A stretch of DNA of 64,000 nt from Macrostomum lignano (taxonomy: Eukaryota): NCBI GenBank assembly GCA_002269645.1, contig NIVC01002041.1:62001-126000 (forward strand). The letters run 5' to 3'. The notes beneath the pieces are model-generated. The model searched no databases. It saw nothing but the letters and a program-made list of their open reading frames with translations, and had not been told where the DNA came from. Position numbers and translations under genes: made by a program. Positions 1 to 13,600 of this stretch are shown piece after piece (positions within the stretch are counted from its first letter, which is position 1; every line of letters starts with the position of its first letter).

Positions 1-3000
1 ATGGTGCGCAGGGTCGGGAACGCGGTGGGCTCCCATTCCAGCAGCTTCTCCTCCTCATTCAGGCCGTCCAGCTCTTCCCGGGCGTTCTCCAGATCCACCT
101 CTAGCCTAGTCAGCTGCTCAACATTCTTGGCCATCTCGTCCGGTAGCATAACTTCCTTCTTCTTGAAGCTCTCAATCTCTTTGTAGTAGCCGTCGATCTT
201 TTCGCCGAACGCAGCGACGCGCTTCTTCAAATCTTCCTCGGCGGCTTCGCGACGATTCTGCAGGCGGCCGGTGGCCATCTCGAACACCGTGGTGATGTTC
301 GCGGGCGCGAGGAACAGAGTGCTGTTCACCTTGAGGTCCTCGGCTGCGAATTCGGGTTAGGTATGACAGTCATTAACAAGTCATTAAGCAAAGAAAGCTT
401 AGTAGCAATTTAAAATATTGCCCCTGTTGCTCATTATTATTTTTATTAGAGGCAGGTGGGTTGTGTGCACCCTGGCGCAGATTAAGCGACATTGGCACAC
501 AACCGGCGAGAGGCATTACTGCCCATTCCGCCGACTCCCCTGAGCAGGCATACAAGCGTGCGGATACTTACGCAGGCACACACTCACACAGGAGTGTACA
601 GCGGCCCTAACTTTATATTATCGTTAGGCATGTACACTTCACTGCGCCTTGGGGGGTTGGCTCTCAAGGCCATTAATTGCACGAGCAGAGCCAAGCCGAG
701 ATTCCAATTCAGCCCCAAATTAATGTGACTGCACTTGGAATCGAGCCTGGGTCGCTGGCACACCAGAGCAGCTGCGCTACCGCTGGGCTACGCCCCCCCC
801 CCCTGTTGCTCCTTGAGCCCCAGAATAGATCTTTAAGACTTAACTACGAGTAATCAACCGAAGCAAAGCCTGAATCTTTGCAACTACAAAACTCACGGGA
901 CATAATTGCGTAGTCGAGTAAAAACATCAGCCTTGCCGCTGCTTCATTGATCTCCTCCTTCAGCTTGTAGACTGTGACCTCGCTGCTCTCGGTGAGGAAC
1001 TGCTGCAGCCGCACCAGCTCCGCCGTTGTCTCGGGTGTTGAGCGGACCTCCTCGCTGATTTCGTCGTATTTTCGGCAGGTGCTGGATGTTACAGATCAAG
1101 GATTTCGATGTGGGTTACGAATGGACTGAACAAATATAATAGTCAAAATAGTTTAATAACAGACAGACTGACTGACAGTAAGACAGTAAGGCACTAGGAT
1201 ACTAAGACAGACAAACAACCAGGCACCTCGACACACAAACGGAGACAGGCATTAGACAGATAAACTAGGACAGACACAAGCTTAGACAGACACACCAGTA
1301 CAGACACAAGCTTAGACAGACACACTAGGACAGACACAAGCTTAGACAGACACACTAGGACAGACACAAGCTTAGACAGACACACTAGGACAGACACAAG
1401 CTTAGACAGACACACTAGGACAGACAAAGCTTAGACAGACACACTAGGACAGACACAAGCTTAGACAGACACACTAGGACAGACACAAGCTTAGACAGAC
1501 ACACTAGGACAGACACAAGCTTAGACAGACACACTAGGACAGACACAAGCTTAGACAGACACAAGCTTAGGCACACTACAGAGGTTTCAAAATTCGTCCA
1601 CCGTCCGCCCACCTGCGATTCTGTTCGCGATTTTCGTCAACCTCGAACTGCACCAGCTGGTCGCGAAGTCGTTGCGCCCTGGCGCACAGGTCCTGGTTGA
1701 GCTGCACGCAGTCGAGGGTGAACATGTTCAGGCTCACCGTGATGCGCATCACCGCCACCTCCGACTTCAGCTGCTGATAGTCGTCGATTTTCTGAGCAAG
1801 GAAGATTATTGAACGAGCAGCGATGATGGTTTGTCTTGTGCTGTTTCTTTATCACGGGCGAAGTTTTATCGTTGTACAACATCGAACTAAATAGTGGTCT
1901 AAGTCTAACACGGATGACGAAATTTTTTTATGACCAACCCGCACAATGAACACAATGAATCTTAAACAGAATACTTCCATTTTATTTTCATTGGAATTTT
2001 CAGTGAAAGTAATAGTAATCTAAGTAAACAAAAAAGTTGACGGACAAATTAGAATTAATTTACTCATTTTTATAACTAAAAAAATTACTTGCCGGAATCT
2101 GGAGTCTGAACAACAGACACGAAAAGTTCTCGCACCAATTCAAAAACACAAGCCAATAGAGTGAATTATCCAATTATCAGTAAAAACGGTAAACTTAAGG
2201 ACAGTAAAAGTTACAGTGAAAGTCAAACTACTTGGTGAATAAAGTTACAAATCGTCAGACTGTTGACCAATCAAGAAGCGGTCACGTGATCATGCCACTC
2301 TGCACCAAGTACGCATGCGGCTCAGAAAGAGAGTAGAAGAAGTACATGTAGATTTCGGATAGAAGAAGTTCGTCAGATTTATAGCACCGGCTGGCAGCGC
2401 AGACTTTGACTCAAAGTGACTCAAAACCTGACACTACCAAAGAGCCGGCCAGAGCTACTGGAGAGAGGGGTAAGGCTGGTATTAAATACGGTGAGCACAG
2501 CTACAGTCGTGTGCAAGGGGGGATACCTTGTGCGCCGCCTCTTCGCTGAGCTCAAACTGGTCGAGCTGTCTGTCGGTGAACGGCCTGGGCGTTTTCTATA
2601 TAGAAATAAAGCCCAGAGTGCGAGATTGCGGTCAGTATGTGGTGTGGATCAAAACAGAACTCTTATTAACAATTGAACTCTGCAACTATCTAACAGACAA
2701 GCAAACCATAGGAAAGAAAGCAATCTTTGTTCTAGCAGCTACTGTTGGTGACACACGCGAGAAAATGCGGGCTGATGCCCGGGTGCCGGATGTAACACCA
2801 TCAGTTTAAAATAACTGCCTATTAGTCATAAGTTGATGTCATACAGTAAAACAAAGTTTACCTGCAAGTACCTGTACTACTTTTGTCCCAAGATTTCCCA
2901 AATAGAATTCATTTATTATTAATTTACGTACGTCTGTGCGAAACAAGCTACTGCTGGCATAATATTTCAAGCGAACATCGAGAACGGCGTGACTTCGTGC

Positions 3001-6000
3001 ACCAATATCCACAAGACCAATAATATTAGCAGACGACATGCCTGCGTCACAACAGCTATTATGAACTTTTAACATCCAAAAGACAAATATTCGTGTGAAT
3101 TTGCGTGAATCTTCTTCACAGCTCGAGTGTTTTTCGTGTGATCTACGAGAGAACTTCATTGCAATTTCATTTTTACCTAGTAAAAATTGACTGCAAAATC
3201 CTGTGTTGCTTTTGCATGTTGCTGTTGAAAGAGCCAAGGTAAGAAGGTTTTAACAATTCGAGATGCTTGTTAGGGCAGTTTTCGAAAAGAGTTTAATGTT
3301 CAACAGAGATTCAACGCCTAATAAACTCACCTTCTTCAACGACAAAAGGCTGTGACGCTCCTTGAGAAAGTTTTGCACGTCCGCGTCGCCTTTCCCGTTG
3401 ATGAGGTCGCCGTAGGTCTTGTACTCGAACAGGTACTTCTGCGGCCCCTTGGTGTTGTCTGTGAACGCCTGCATGGCCCGGTCCGTGAACTCGTGCACCA
3501 GCTGCTCGTTGGTGAGCACAGTGCGCAGCATCAGCTTCTGACCGACCAGCTCGGGGAACAGGCGAACTTCCACCTGCAATAAAATTGATATTTTAACTGA
3601 TCTATCACTGACTGGGACGCAGGGCCTAGGCACAAGTTTACTTGTTGAGTTGAGTTGGGCGCAGATAAAGGAGGGGTGGAGTGCGCCATTGAGGAGAGAG
3701 GTCAGGTTGAAAAGCCAGTCGGAAGCACCAGACCATGCTTCGATGTAGCTACAAAACGGCATTACAAGCAAATTACAAAAAAATTTGCACCCTTAAGTTC
3801 GGACAAAACCAGACTTACCCTTGGCAGATTCTCTGACGCGCCAATGATGGTGCCAATGCAGCGGATCAGCAAATCTTTGATCTCTTTGAATGCCGGGTCG
3901 AACACGATCTTTGGCTCCTCGATCCGTAGCTTCAGAATTAGAATGGAAGCCTTCACGAAGCGCAGGTCATCAAATTTCTCACCGAAGTCATTGCCCTCCT
4001 GTTGGGTGCAGAATTTAGTAATAATAATGATAATAAGGATAATATTCTTAGTATAGAAACCAGTAGCTTAGCCGCGAGGTTACACGCCTATACCAGTAGG
4101 TAGATAGGTATGTAGGTCGGTAATTAGATAGGTAGGTGGGTAGGTAGGTAGGTAGATTGGTAGGGTTGGATTAGGTAGGCAGCAGCAGCAACTCACGCTG
4201 TAGCGCTCCAGAAAGGCCACAAAGTCTTCAATGGAGTTGACAACCAGCGAGCGCAGCTGAGCGGACATCAGGGCAGCAACGCAGGAGAAAAAGGACTGCA
4301 CCAGAGCAGTTGAGTCGGCTTCTTTTTGCGGCAGCAGATGCTTCCATTGATCGTGAAGATCCTGGAAGGCCTTGGCGCACCTCGGCAGCCAGCGGGTTTT
4401 GAGCACCTCGTGCGTCTTGGCGCACAGGCTCTGCACTTTCTCCTCAAATTCGCGGGGCAGTAGCGGCAGCTCGCAGGCGTCCAGCTCGTGCGTGTCGATG
4501 AAGCGCAGCGAAGCGAATTCGTCGAACCAGATTTGCTGCAGCTCCAGCATGATGGGGTTGGTGGTGAACAGGTGGCGCTCCTGCTGCTCCTTGGCGCGCC
4601 TGTAGCTGTTGTGCCAGGGCACGGGGGCGCGGATTATCCGCTGTGGGTACGGCTGCGGCGTGTGCTGGATGAACAGCCGCTCGCGCTCGTCACCGTCCAC
4701 CAGGATGTAGTCCAGGATAGCCTTCCGCATCGCCAGCTCGTAGTCGGCGTCGGCTTCGTTCGCGAGCTCCTGCAATGGTGGAACGACGTTGGTGTTTTGG
4801 ATAGGCCTGTGGGTTTGTTGCGCTAACCATGGAGGTGTTAACAACGCTCGCCTGCTCATTTAAATCTCTAAGCCTTCCCGCATCCAGGATGACACTTCAG
4901 TTCAACGAACGCTTACTATAGGCTCCATGAGCAATTCCTATGGAGCTTCTTAGGCGACCGTAGGAAATCAAGGCGACCGTACTCGTAGACCCCCAGGCAG
5001 TTGTGCCCATTTCGCTGGGCACGTACGCATTCCTACCGTCAAGAAGTGCGCTCACTTCTGTGCCAAGGGCGTTAGCCCTTATGACCATGAATTTCATGAC
5101 AAGCCATATGCTTACTGCTTGCCCTCGGAGATGCAGAGAGGCTTAAGTAGAAAGGCTTTTATTAGAGCGTGCACTGGGCGACAAGCCCTCCAATTCCATT
5201 CAAGAGATTTACTTGCGTTCGCAAGTGAATTCTCTGCGTCACACCTGAGCTAGATTTTAAAGACTTTGTTCACTAACCTCAAAGCTCGGCCCCAGTTGGA
5301 CCAGCAAATTCTCCGGGATCAGCGACACGATGCGCCGTCGCTGCTCGTCGGCTAGCGGCGCGATCATGTCCGTGCGCAGGCCCCGGTCGATGTAATAGAC
5401 GTAGCGCTCAACATCCCGGTCGCTCGGGTCGCCGCCCAGCTTTGCCGCCTCCTCCTCGATAGTGCGAATCACGTCCAGCTGCTCCATGGGTGACATCGGC
5501 CTGCTGACTGACGTCCCGGCCGCGGCTCTGGCGGACTCCATCCATGCCTCGTCGTCTTCCGCGGCCTGCGGTTTGCGTCGCTTGGCCGCCGGGAACTCCT
5601 GGCTGGCCCCGGTTGCCGGCGGATTGCTGCGCGATCTGGGCAGCTTCTTGATTTTGAGATGGCGAGCGCCGGGTGAGAAATTGTTGCCAATGGATTCGCT
5701 GGGCGTTCTGGCGTGCTTCTGCTCTTTAAATGGCGCCGCCCGAGTCATGCTGAACTGATTCATCAGCGGCGGATGCATGCTGTTGCGGGTGACGATTTCG
5801 TACAGGGCGGAGGGCGCCGCCGCTGCGCCCTCGGACTGAGGCAGCGGGCGCAGGGTGGGAAGACCCCTAGAGAAGCCCGTGCTGAAGGTTGGCGTCTCGA
5901 GCATCTGCGGATTAGTTTTGAATTCATAAACTAACTGACCGAATTTTAACTGGATAAGACGCGTTTGTAAAACATTATTTACCCTTGCTTTCTCGAGCGC

Positions 6001-6003
6001 CAT
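1..6003 (-). CDS. DNAH3: Axonemal inner-arm dynein heavy chain, DNAH3-like, N-terminal part. Exons: 6003-5983, 5904-5278, 4769-4197, 3998-3819, 3573-3331, 1791-1613, 1081-897, 343-<1
   Basis: All junctions are GT-AG and phases are compatible. The spliced translation contains DVERYVYYIDRGLRTDMIAP, IVDYIL-like ILDYILVDGDERERLFI, RIIRAPVPWH, FFSCVAALMSAQLRSLV, LDCVQLNQDLCARAQRLRDQL and NEEEKLLEWE, which match my recollection of the DNAH3 N-terminal tail. The orthology call is from memory, not from a search. Confidence 0.85.
433..799 (-). mobile_element. tRNA-derived SINE, copy 1 (in a dynein intron)
   Basis: The minus-strand head GGGGCGTAGCCCAGCGGTAGCG...GGCTCGATTCC has a Pol III A box (790-780) and B box (747-737). 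It has an A-rich (TAA)n tail. The direct repeat CCCCTGTTGCTC lies at 421-432 and 800-811 (TSD). A second copy is at 17.8 kb. Confidence 0.8.
1200..1575. repeat. 30-bp minisatellite (AGCTTAGACAGACACACTAGGACAGACACA)n in a dynein intron
   Basis: About 11-12 tandem copies visible; source of the VSVLVCLSKL spurious ORFs. Confidence 0.95.
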
Positions 6004-8704
6004 TCCTTGGCTGATTAGGACGTCAATTGGAGTTGCGAAGTCGGTTGCAGCTCAGTCAGTTAATCAGAGACAATTGTTCATCACACATGCAGGGAATAAA
6101 ATGATTTTTTAGAGTTATTTTAGAAAGTTTTACAAGCTTAGTATTAGCAGTTTAAAGGATAAAACGTATTTTTGTTGTGCAAAATACAAATCCTTGATTT
6201 TAATGGGTTTAAAGAAAGCGAAAAATATAATTTTGCTTCTTTTAAACTACTTTCACAAAAAATGCTTTGCTATATTGCTTTGTATAGCAGTAATAGCATG
6301 CTATGTTGGTTTTTATTTCAAAATAAAAAATTTCTATTTTGGTTTCTAATTTGCATAAATTACTGTTACAACGAATAAGGTTTTATTTTAATGCTGCAGT
6401 TTTAGACTAAAATATTATTTCAAAATTATGATTGCTTTTACTTCTTTAGGTTACACTTAAGTCGACATTTTGCTTAAAAATTCTTCAATTACCATAAAAT
6501 TGAAAGTCAAGCAAAAAAGGCAAACGTTTAAAAATTTCATCATGCTTATTGGTAGCTTAAGACTAACTCATACAATTAAAAATTTGCTGCTAACTAAGAA
6601 GACAAAATGATTGTAGATATTTATTTTTCTTTAACTAAGGATTTTAAGTAAAAAGAACGAACATTAAATTCTACATATATTTACTTCATCTGTGTAGGCA
6701 TTCAAGTTCTCATGCATTGCACAAAAAGGTATGTATTGCATACAGCTAACTGCTTGAATGATTCTAGAAAAGCAACGTAACTATTATTTGCAATTTTCAG
6801 CAGACTATGTTTTTAAACTGTTAAAATTAACACGAAAGAAAGAAATTTGAGAATGTAATAAAATTTTCTCTGCAGACGATTGAATTTGCTCAGAAGCGAT
6901 GATGCCTAGCGACACTGATTTAAACAAAGCGTAAAATTTTGCGAGGTAACCAAGTCCCTAAAGTAAAATATTGTAATTTTTTCCTGCAAGAAAAATTTTT
7001 TAGCGTCTTTTGAAAATTTGACGATATTCTTTTTACGAAATCAATTATTATTGTATGTTCTAACGACCATCACCCAGTTGATGAAAACAAATTGGCCGTC
7101 ATTTTTGCTCTTCTCATTTGCATATTATATATCATTTTCACTTTTATTATTGACTTGATGAAAACCAAGTGAGTACTGCCCTCTACCTTGGCCATATAAA
7201 CTTTTTGTCGTGTTTTGCTTCCCGGTAATTATTGAATTCTTATAAAACCAGAACGAGAACAAGCTACAGAACACCTTTTCTGAGAATCAGATATACACTA
7301 GCTTCTCCAATTATACCTAACTACCTTCCTTAAACCTTATCGAACCTTATATGTACCTAACCTAAACCTACATGCCTGGAACATGCACTACTTAAATTTA
7401 TTAAGAAGCAACTAATGTGCATATAACGTTATATGCAATATATATGCAGGTACATGTACAGATGCATTCATTTTTTCCATTTGGTCCTTAGGATTAAAAA
7501 ATAGCTCTCGAAAGTGCATGACATGTAAATACACGTGCAATTTGATGAATTTAGCTTTAGAAAATATAATCGTACTTAAGTTAATTTTCTCTATATTTAG
7601 CTCGTAAAAAATAATAATTTCCTCTAAATTGAGAAAGAAACGTTACCGGGCTTAATGCGCTCATCGAATCGTTCAGTAGTACATGTGTTACAATAATATT
7701 TTGTAGCTATTGGACTGTCAATTCGGAAGCGAACTAATATATTACATGTAAATCCGATTGTAATTAGATTGCATGGGCGAGCAAGTTTACGTGTACATAT
7801 GCTGTTAAATATCTTGTATTGGCCCTTAATATAGAAAGTTTATCTTAGTTAAGATCTTGATTAAAATTGGAAACATCCGTGTTACGAGCGTACGACTGTA
7901 ACTATAAAATCGAATATAAATTTACCCACGTCACTGTACTATTTTTAGACAAAAAACTAAAAAAAACAAAAGGTTAAATCTGTCGACTTCTCTTCAGCAC
8001 TTCATATTGATATCGGGCAATAGTTAAACACACGTAAATAAAAATAATTAGCTAATAAATTCAAGTAAAATCGACGTATATTTTGTAATAAGGATACATA
8101 GGAGACATTGCGGCGCGGGTACACGCGGGAGCTTCAGTTTGTTAGTAAACGCTGATAAGGACGGGCCGTGTCTTTGACTCTCGACTCCCATTTCGTTTGT
8201 TATAAACTTCTGCCCAATTAGCAGGCTTTGGGTCTCTTGAAAACGCATCAAAAACGCGATTTATCAGCGCAGATTCTATTAAATAATAATAATAAAATTG
8301 TACTTTGCGATATTGTTGGCGAAATAAAAATTCCTTTTTTGGACCACATGACCGAGCTGAACTTTGCGACGCGCCATTAAATTAAAATTATGGCCTTTAT
8401 AATTAACCAATCTGCGTTGAAAATAACAATTAGGCCAGCCAAATACACAGGTGAACCTAATAAATAATTGCCATAATTATTACCTAGGAAATATTGTGCA
8501 ATACCTGCAATTCGTAACAATTAAATATGCTCGTTTAAAGTTGGGGCCAAAATGAACAACAGAGGAACGCACCGATATGACAGCTAGAATTAACTAGATG
8601 GGCCATTCAGCGCTGTATGCAAGCTACTTTCTGCTCAGTAGTACGTTAAACAAAAACAAATTAAATGTATTTTTAATTTTAAAGCTAATGCTCTTTTCTG
8701 GCTC

Positions 8705-8925
8705 TTATCCCTCCTTCCCAGCTTAAACCCTCCAAACGCGCCTTTCCACACGAAACCTCTTCTACCCCAACCCGCTATTCAATTTTTATTGCCTTCTTCC
8801 AGCTCAACTGTCTAAGCTGCCAACCATGTACATTTCAGTGAACTGGCTAATGTACATTATTGCTGAACCGATTAGCAAGCTGTTTACGCCTGCAAGCTTG
8901 GGCTTCTAAACTTATCAAAGTCATT
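8705..8925. repeat. Dispersed ~220-bp repeat, copy A (copy B at ~16985-17180)
   Basis: Shared blocks CCCAGCTTAAACCCTCCAA.CGCGCCTTTCCACAC, CATGTACATTTCAGTG.ACTGGC, TGTACATTATTGCTGAACC and GCCTGCAA.CTTGGGCTTCTAAA. Confidence 0.75.
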
Positions 8926-9834
8926 TCAGCTGCCTTTGTTCTTATAAAATAGCTTATGTATTCTTCTTTGCTACTGAACTGAAAGTAGAAAGCAATTTTA
9001 CTAAGAATTAGTGGCTCATCTAGTTAATTTACTCGTAGTATCAGTGGCGAAATGCTTTCAGCAAATCAAATAGACGAGTAGTTTGACTTGTTAATAATGT
9101 AGAAACGATGTATTTTCACGGGGAGAATAATTTGTTGAAAATATATTACTAATTGAATAGCCAGCAGATGAAAGCAAATTACTCATATTAATTATGCAAA
9201 CGCGTAAAAGACAATGTTGCGCGAATTGTTTAAAAAGAAACATTAACCTGATGAGAGAGAGAGACGGGTTGGGTTTCGGACAAAAATGCAGCTAAAACTT
9301 CTTATACTGGAGTGGGACATACAGCTATATTAATATAAAATACACCGAAAGTAAGTACTTGGGAACAGAATAAGAGAGCGCACACCCGCAGCAGCATAAA
9401 AATGAAAAAAGAACATGATGGAGACAATGCACGAGTGCTGAATCGGATCGCATGGCAGTTTCAGTTTGACATAAATAATTAAAATAAGATGCAGAGACAA
9501 ATAAGCAAAGCAAAGTATCATGATAGCCGAAATAAACTTGGAGAAAACTGTTTAGCATCATCAGCAGGCTATTTGTCTCTGTCTCTATCTGCGGTTGGCT
9601 TGGCGACAATAAAAATGAAACTAAACAATTTGAATAGGCATCACTTAAGCGACAAATTATGACTTGGTTAAAGAAGACAAACTGCATGAATAACTGTGAA
9701 AAAATGGATGGGACTTTCAAGATGGGACAATATAGTAATGAAGAACAATACTTGGCCATTTGAGATTAACTGCGTACGGCATTTCTTTAAAAACTGCTAG
9801 ATGGAAATTATTTGAGATAAGAGCTCAATGGGAC

Positions 9835-10285
9835 GACCGGAACCCCAAAGATGACAGGAGGAATTCCAATGACGGCAAGGGGAATCCCAAGGCCGTCAAG
9901 GGGAATCCCAAGGCCGACAAGGAGAATCCCAAGGCCGACAAGGGAATCCCAAGGCCGGCAAGGGGAATCCCAAGGCCGGCAAGGGAAATCCCAAGGCCGA
10001 CAAGGGAATCCCAAGGCCGGCAAGGGGAATCCCAAGGCCGGCAAGGGGAATCCCAAGGCCGAAAAAGGGAATCCTAAGGCCGACAAGGGGAATCCCAAGG
10101 CCAACAAGGGAATCCCAAGGCCGACAAGGGGAATCCCAAGGCCAAAAAGCCGACAAAGGGAATACCAAGGCCGGCCACGTGAATTCCAAGGCCGACAAGG
10201 GGAATCCCAAGGCCGAAAAGCCGACAAAGGGAATCCCAAGGCCGGCCACGTGAATTCCAAGGCCGCCAGGGGAAATCCCAAGACG
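9835..10285. repeat. ~20-21-bp minisatellite (GGGAATCCCAAGGCCGACAA)n
   Basis: About 20 tandem copies with indel variants. Confidence 0.95.
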
Positions 10286-10647
10286 AATGTACTTGCTTGG
10301 TGAACATATAAAATTGGTGCAAATTAAGATGAGCATCCCAAAGACCAAGTAAGAAACTAAATATCGGTAAAACAGCATGTTTTTAAAAAAACCACACTTC
10401 AATAAATGACTAAATAAACTTAGTAGAAAAATCAAACAAACTTATATCGCTATTCATACGCTCTCTCACAACAAATAAAAACCACCCCATCGGAGCACAT
10501 TTCTAGCTCTCATTAAACTAACAAAATTTGGCTACAAATAAAGCACGCTAAGCGAAAGCGACGAAAATAAAACATTATGACAATACAGAACGGATTATAT
10601 AACTGTCTAATTATTTTTAATTCGCGCGAAGCCCACCCCAGGATAGG

Positions 10648-13600
10648 TCAGGCTCTGTTGGTCAGCAGGGAGCCGAGGCTCAGAAGGGCCAGACTGGCTC
10701 CGGCCACTGTCAGCAGCCGTTTGAACATCCGGCCCTCCGTGGCCAGCTGGCCGGCCGGGTCGCCGTCGCGGTAAAAGTGCACCAGACCGAGCTGCAGAAG
10801 ATTGATTTTATTTTGAATATGAGCGGTAATGTGAGCAGCATAAGCCGAGGGAGGCTGGTTTGCAATAAATGCGTATGTCCTCTAATTCGTATCTGGGGAC
10901 TAAGTAGTGGCGCCATCTTGGAGACTAAGCATTGGCGCCATTCTGAGACTAAGCAGTGGCGCCATCTTGGAGACTAACCAGTGGCGCCATCTTGGAGAAT
11001 GGAGACTAAGCACTGGCGCCATCTTGGAGACTAAGCAGTGGCGCCATCTTGGAGACTAAGCATTGGCGCCATCTTAGAGACTAAGCATTGGCGCCATCTT
11101 GGAGACTAAGCATTGGCGCCATCTTGGAGACTAACCAGTGGCGCCATCTTGGAGAATGGAGACTAAGCACTGGCGCCATCTTGGAGACTAAGCAGTGGCG
11201 ATATCTTGGAGACTAAGCAGTGGCGATATCTTGGAGACTAAGCATTAGCGCCATCTTGGAGACTAAGCATTAGCGCCATGTTGGAGACTAAGCAGTGGCG
11301 CCATCTTGGAGACTAAGCACTGGCGCCATCTTGGAGACTAAGCAGTGGCGCCATCTTGGAGACTAAGCATTGGCGCCATCTTGGAGACTAACCAGTGGCG
11401 CCATCTTGGAGACTAAGCAGTGGCGCCATCTTGGAGACTAAGCATTGGCGCCATCTTGGAGACTAAGCAGTGGCGCCATCTTGGAGACTAAGCAGTGGCG
11501 AAATCTTGGAGACTAAGCATTAGCGCCATCTTGGAGACTAAGCATTAGCGCCATCTTGGAGACTAAGCATTAGCGCCATCTTGGAGACTAAGCATTAGCG
11601 CCATCTTGGAGACTAAGCAGTAACACAATGAGTGCGAAGGAATATCAATACTGAAGTTCCCTGATTCCAATAACCCAACTACACGTGAATAGAAAAATTT
11701 AGGCAAAAAAGAGCCAGCTAAATGGATACTAAAATTGTCTGCCTTCGAATTTTTGTTACATACAAATGCAGCACACTTGCTACATATGCAATTCTAATGC
11801 TGTGTCCTATTGAAAAGAACCAGGCACTGGTTATATCACTGGTTAAACGGCTTGCATAAACACATTTTTTCTCAGACATTTCAATTGTTTGTTTTGTCCC
11901 TCCAATATTAGCTAGCGAAGCCGGCTAAGAAAGCAGGCAAAAATAAAAACTGTTTGCTTGCATCATAAATAACTGGCTTAGTCATGTGACAAGAAAAATT
12001 TGTCTGACAAATATTGAAGAGAAATAAATAGTATTACCACACAAGGCGTCTGTCCCAGGATCTGGGACTTTCTCTGGAGTGGTGCGGTTAGTTATATTCT
12101 GTGTACTGTCAGTCTAAGTTGATTTTTTGATTGAACTAGAAATCTGATACTTGCGCGATATGAGAGGAGCGCGTGCAAAAGTGTTAGAATTTAAGCCTAC
12201 TAACAAATAACTTATGCTAACTGGATGGTAGTACTGTGACTAGATTATATAGTACCAGAACATTAACTTCTAGTTACTAAGCATTGGCGCCAACTTGGAG
12301 ACTAAGCATTGGCGCCATCTTGGAGACTAACCAGTGGCGCCAACTTGGAGACTAAGCATTGGCGCCATCTTGGAGACTAACCAGTGGCGCCAACTTGGAG
12401 ACTAAGCATTGGCGCCATCTTGGAGACTAACCAGTGGCGCCAACTTGGAGACTAAGCATTGGCGCCATCTTGGAGACTAACCAGTGGCGCCAACTTGGAG
12501 ACTAAGCATTGGCGCCATTCTGAGACTAAGCAGTGGCACCATTATGAGACTAAGCAGTGGCGCCATCTTGGAGACTAAGCATTGGCGCCATCTTGGAGAC
12601 TAAGCAGTGGCGCCATTCTGGCCTAAGCAGTGGCACCATTCTAAGACTAAGCAGTGGCGCCATTTTGGGACTAAGCAGTGGCGCCATTCTGAGACTAAGC
12701 AGTGGCGCCATTCTGGCCTAAGCAGTGGCACCATTCTGAGACTAAGCAGTGGCACCATTCTGAGACTAAGCAGTGGCGCCATTCTGGGACTAAGCAGTGG
12801 CGCCATTCTGAGACTAAGCAGTGGCGCCATTCTGGCCTAAGCAGTGGCACCATTCTGAGACTAAGCAGTGGCACCATTCTGAGACTAAGCAGTGGCGCCA
12901 TTGTGAGACTAAGCATTGGCGCCATCTTGGAGACTAAGCAGTGGCACCATTTCTGAGACTAAGCAGTGGCACCATTCTGAGACTAAGCAGTGGCGCCATT
13001 GTGAGACTAAGCAGTGGCGCCATCCAAGCAGTAAGCAGGGGCAGCATTCAGGAAATAAGCCTTTTCTATTATTATATGCATATAGAATACAAAGCTTAAA
13101 TCTAATATAAAAGCTACATCTGTGTACAGAATTCGATTGACTAAGCAAATAATCCAACGGCAGTTTAAATGTGTCAGAATTGTCATAAATCCATGAAATC
13201 CTCACGACAGGTGGCCAATATAAAAACTCATAGTTAGGTTTACACGGCAAAGCTTTCTTCATCTAACAGCAAGCTGCTCAAGAAGCGAACCCCCCCCCCC
13301 AGGTTTTATACAGACTTTGGATTTTATACACGCAGGATGGATCAGGGAGAAAGAGGATCGGGATTAGTGCTACACTGGAGGCAGGCGCGGGTCAGACATG
13401 TCTTTGTTGCGGTGGAACATTGAAAAGGCCGGCGGCGCAATGCATGAGGGTAAGGCTGCACGGTGTGCATACAGTAGAGGCTGAGTGAGTCACACACAAA
13501 CAGGCAGAACTGCTAGCTTCAAAACGAGATAGCAAAGTATATTTATAGTTTAACAACTTGATTAAGCCTCTACACTCACCCCAACTCTCAGTAGCTGCAA

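Noticed and set aside
730-799. Possible tRNA gene
   Set aside because: A/B boxes are present but there is no clean cloverleaf, and it is fused to a body, tail and TSD; called as a SINE head
2839-3237. 132-aa minus-strand ORF in a dynein intron
   Set aside because: No recognisable motif, and the dynein frame is continuous without it
4860-5250. Intronic segment with small palindromes (possible ncRNA or solo LTR)
   Set aside because: No recognisable RNA motif, no second copy and no TSD in the window
9760-10435. Overlapping GNPKA/LGIPL repeat ORFs
   Set aside because: Minisatellite with frame-shifting indels between units
10895-13025. CRISPR-like appearance of 25-bp repeats
   Set aside because: Head-to-tail repeats without unique spacers, in a eukaryotic intron, with no cas genes
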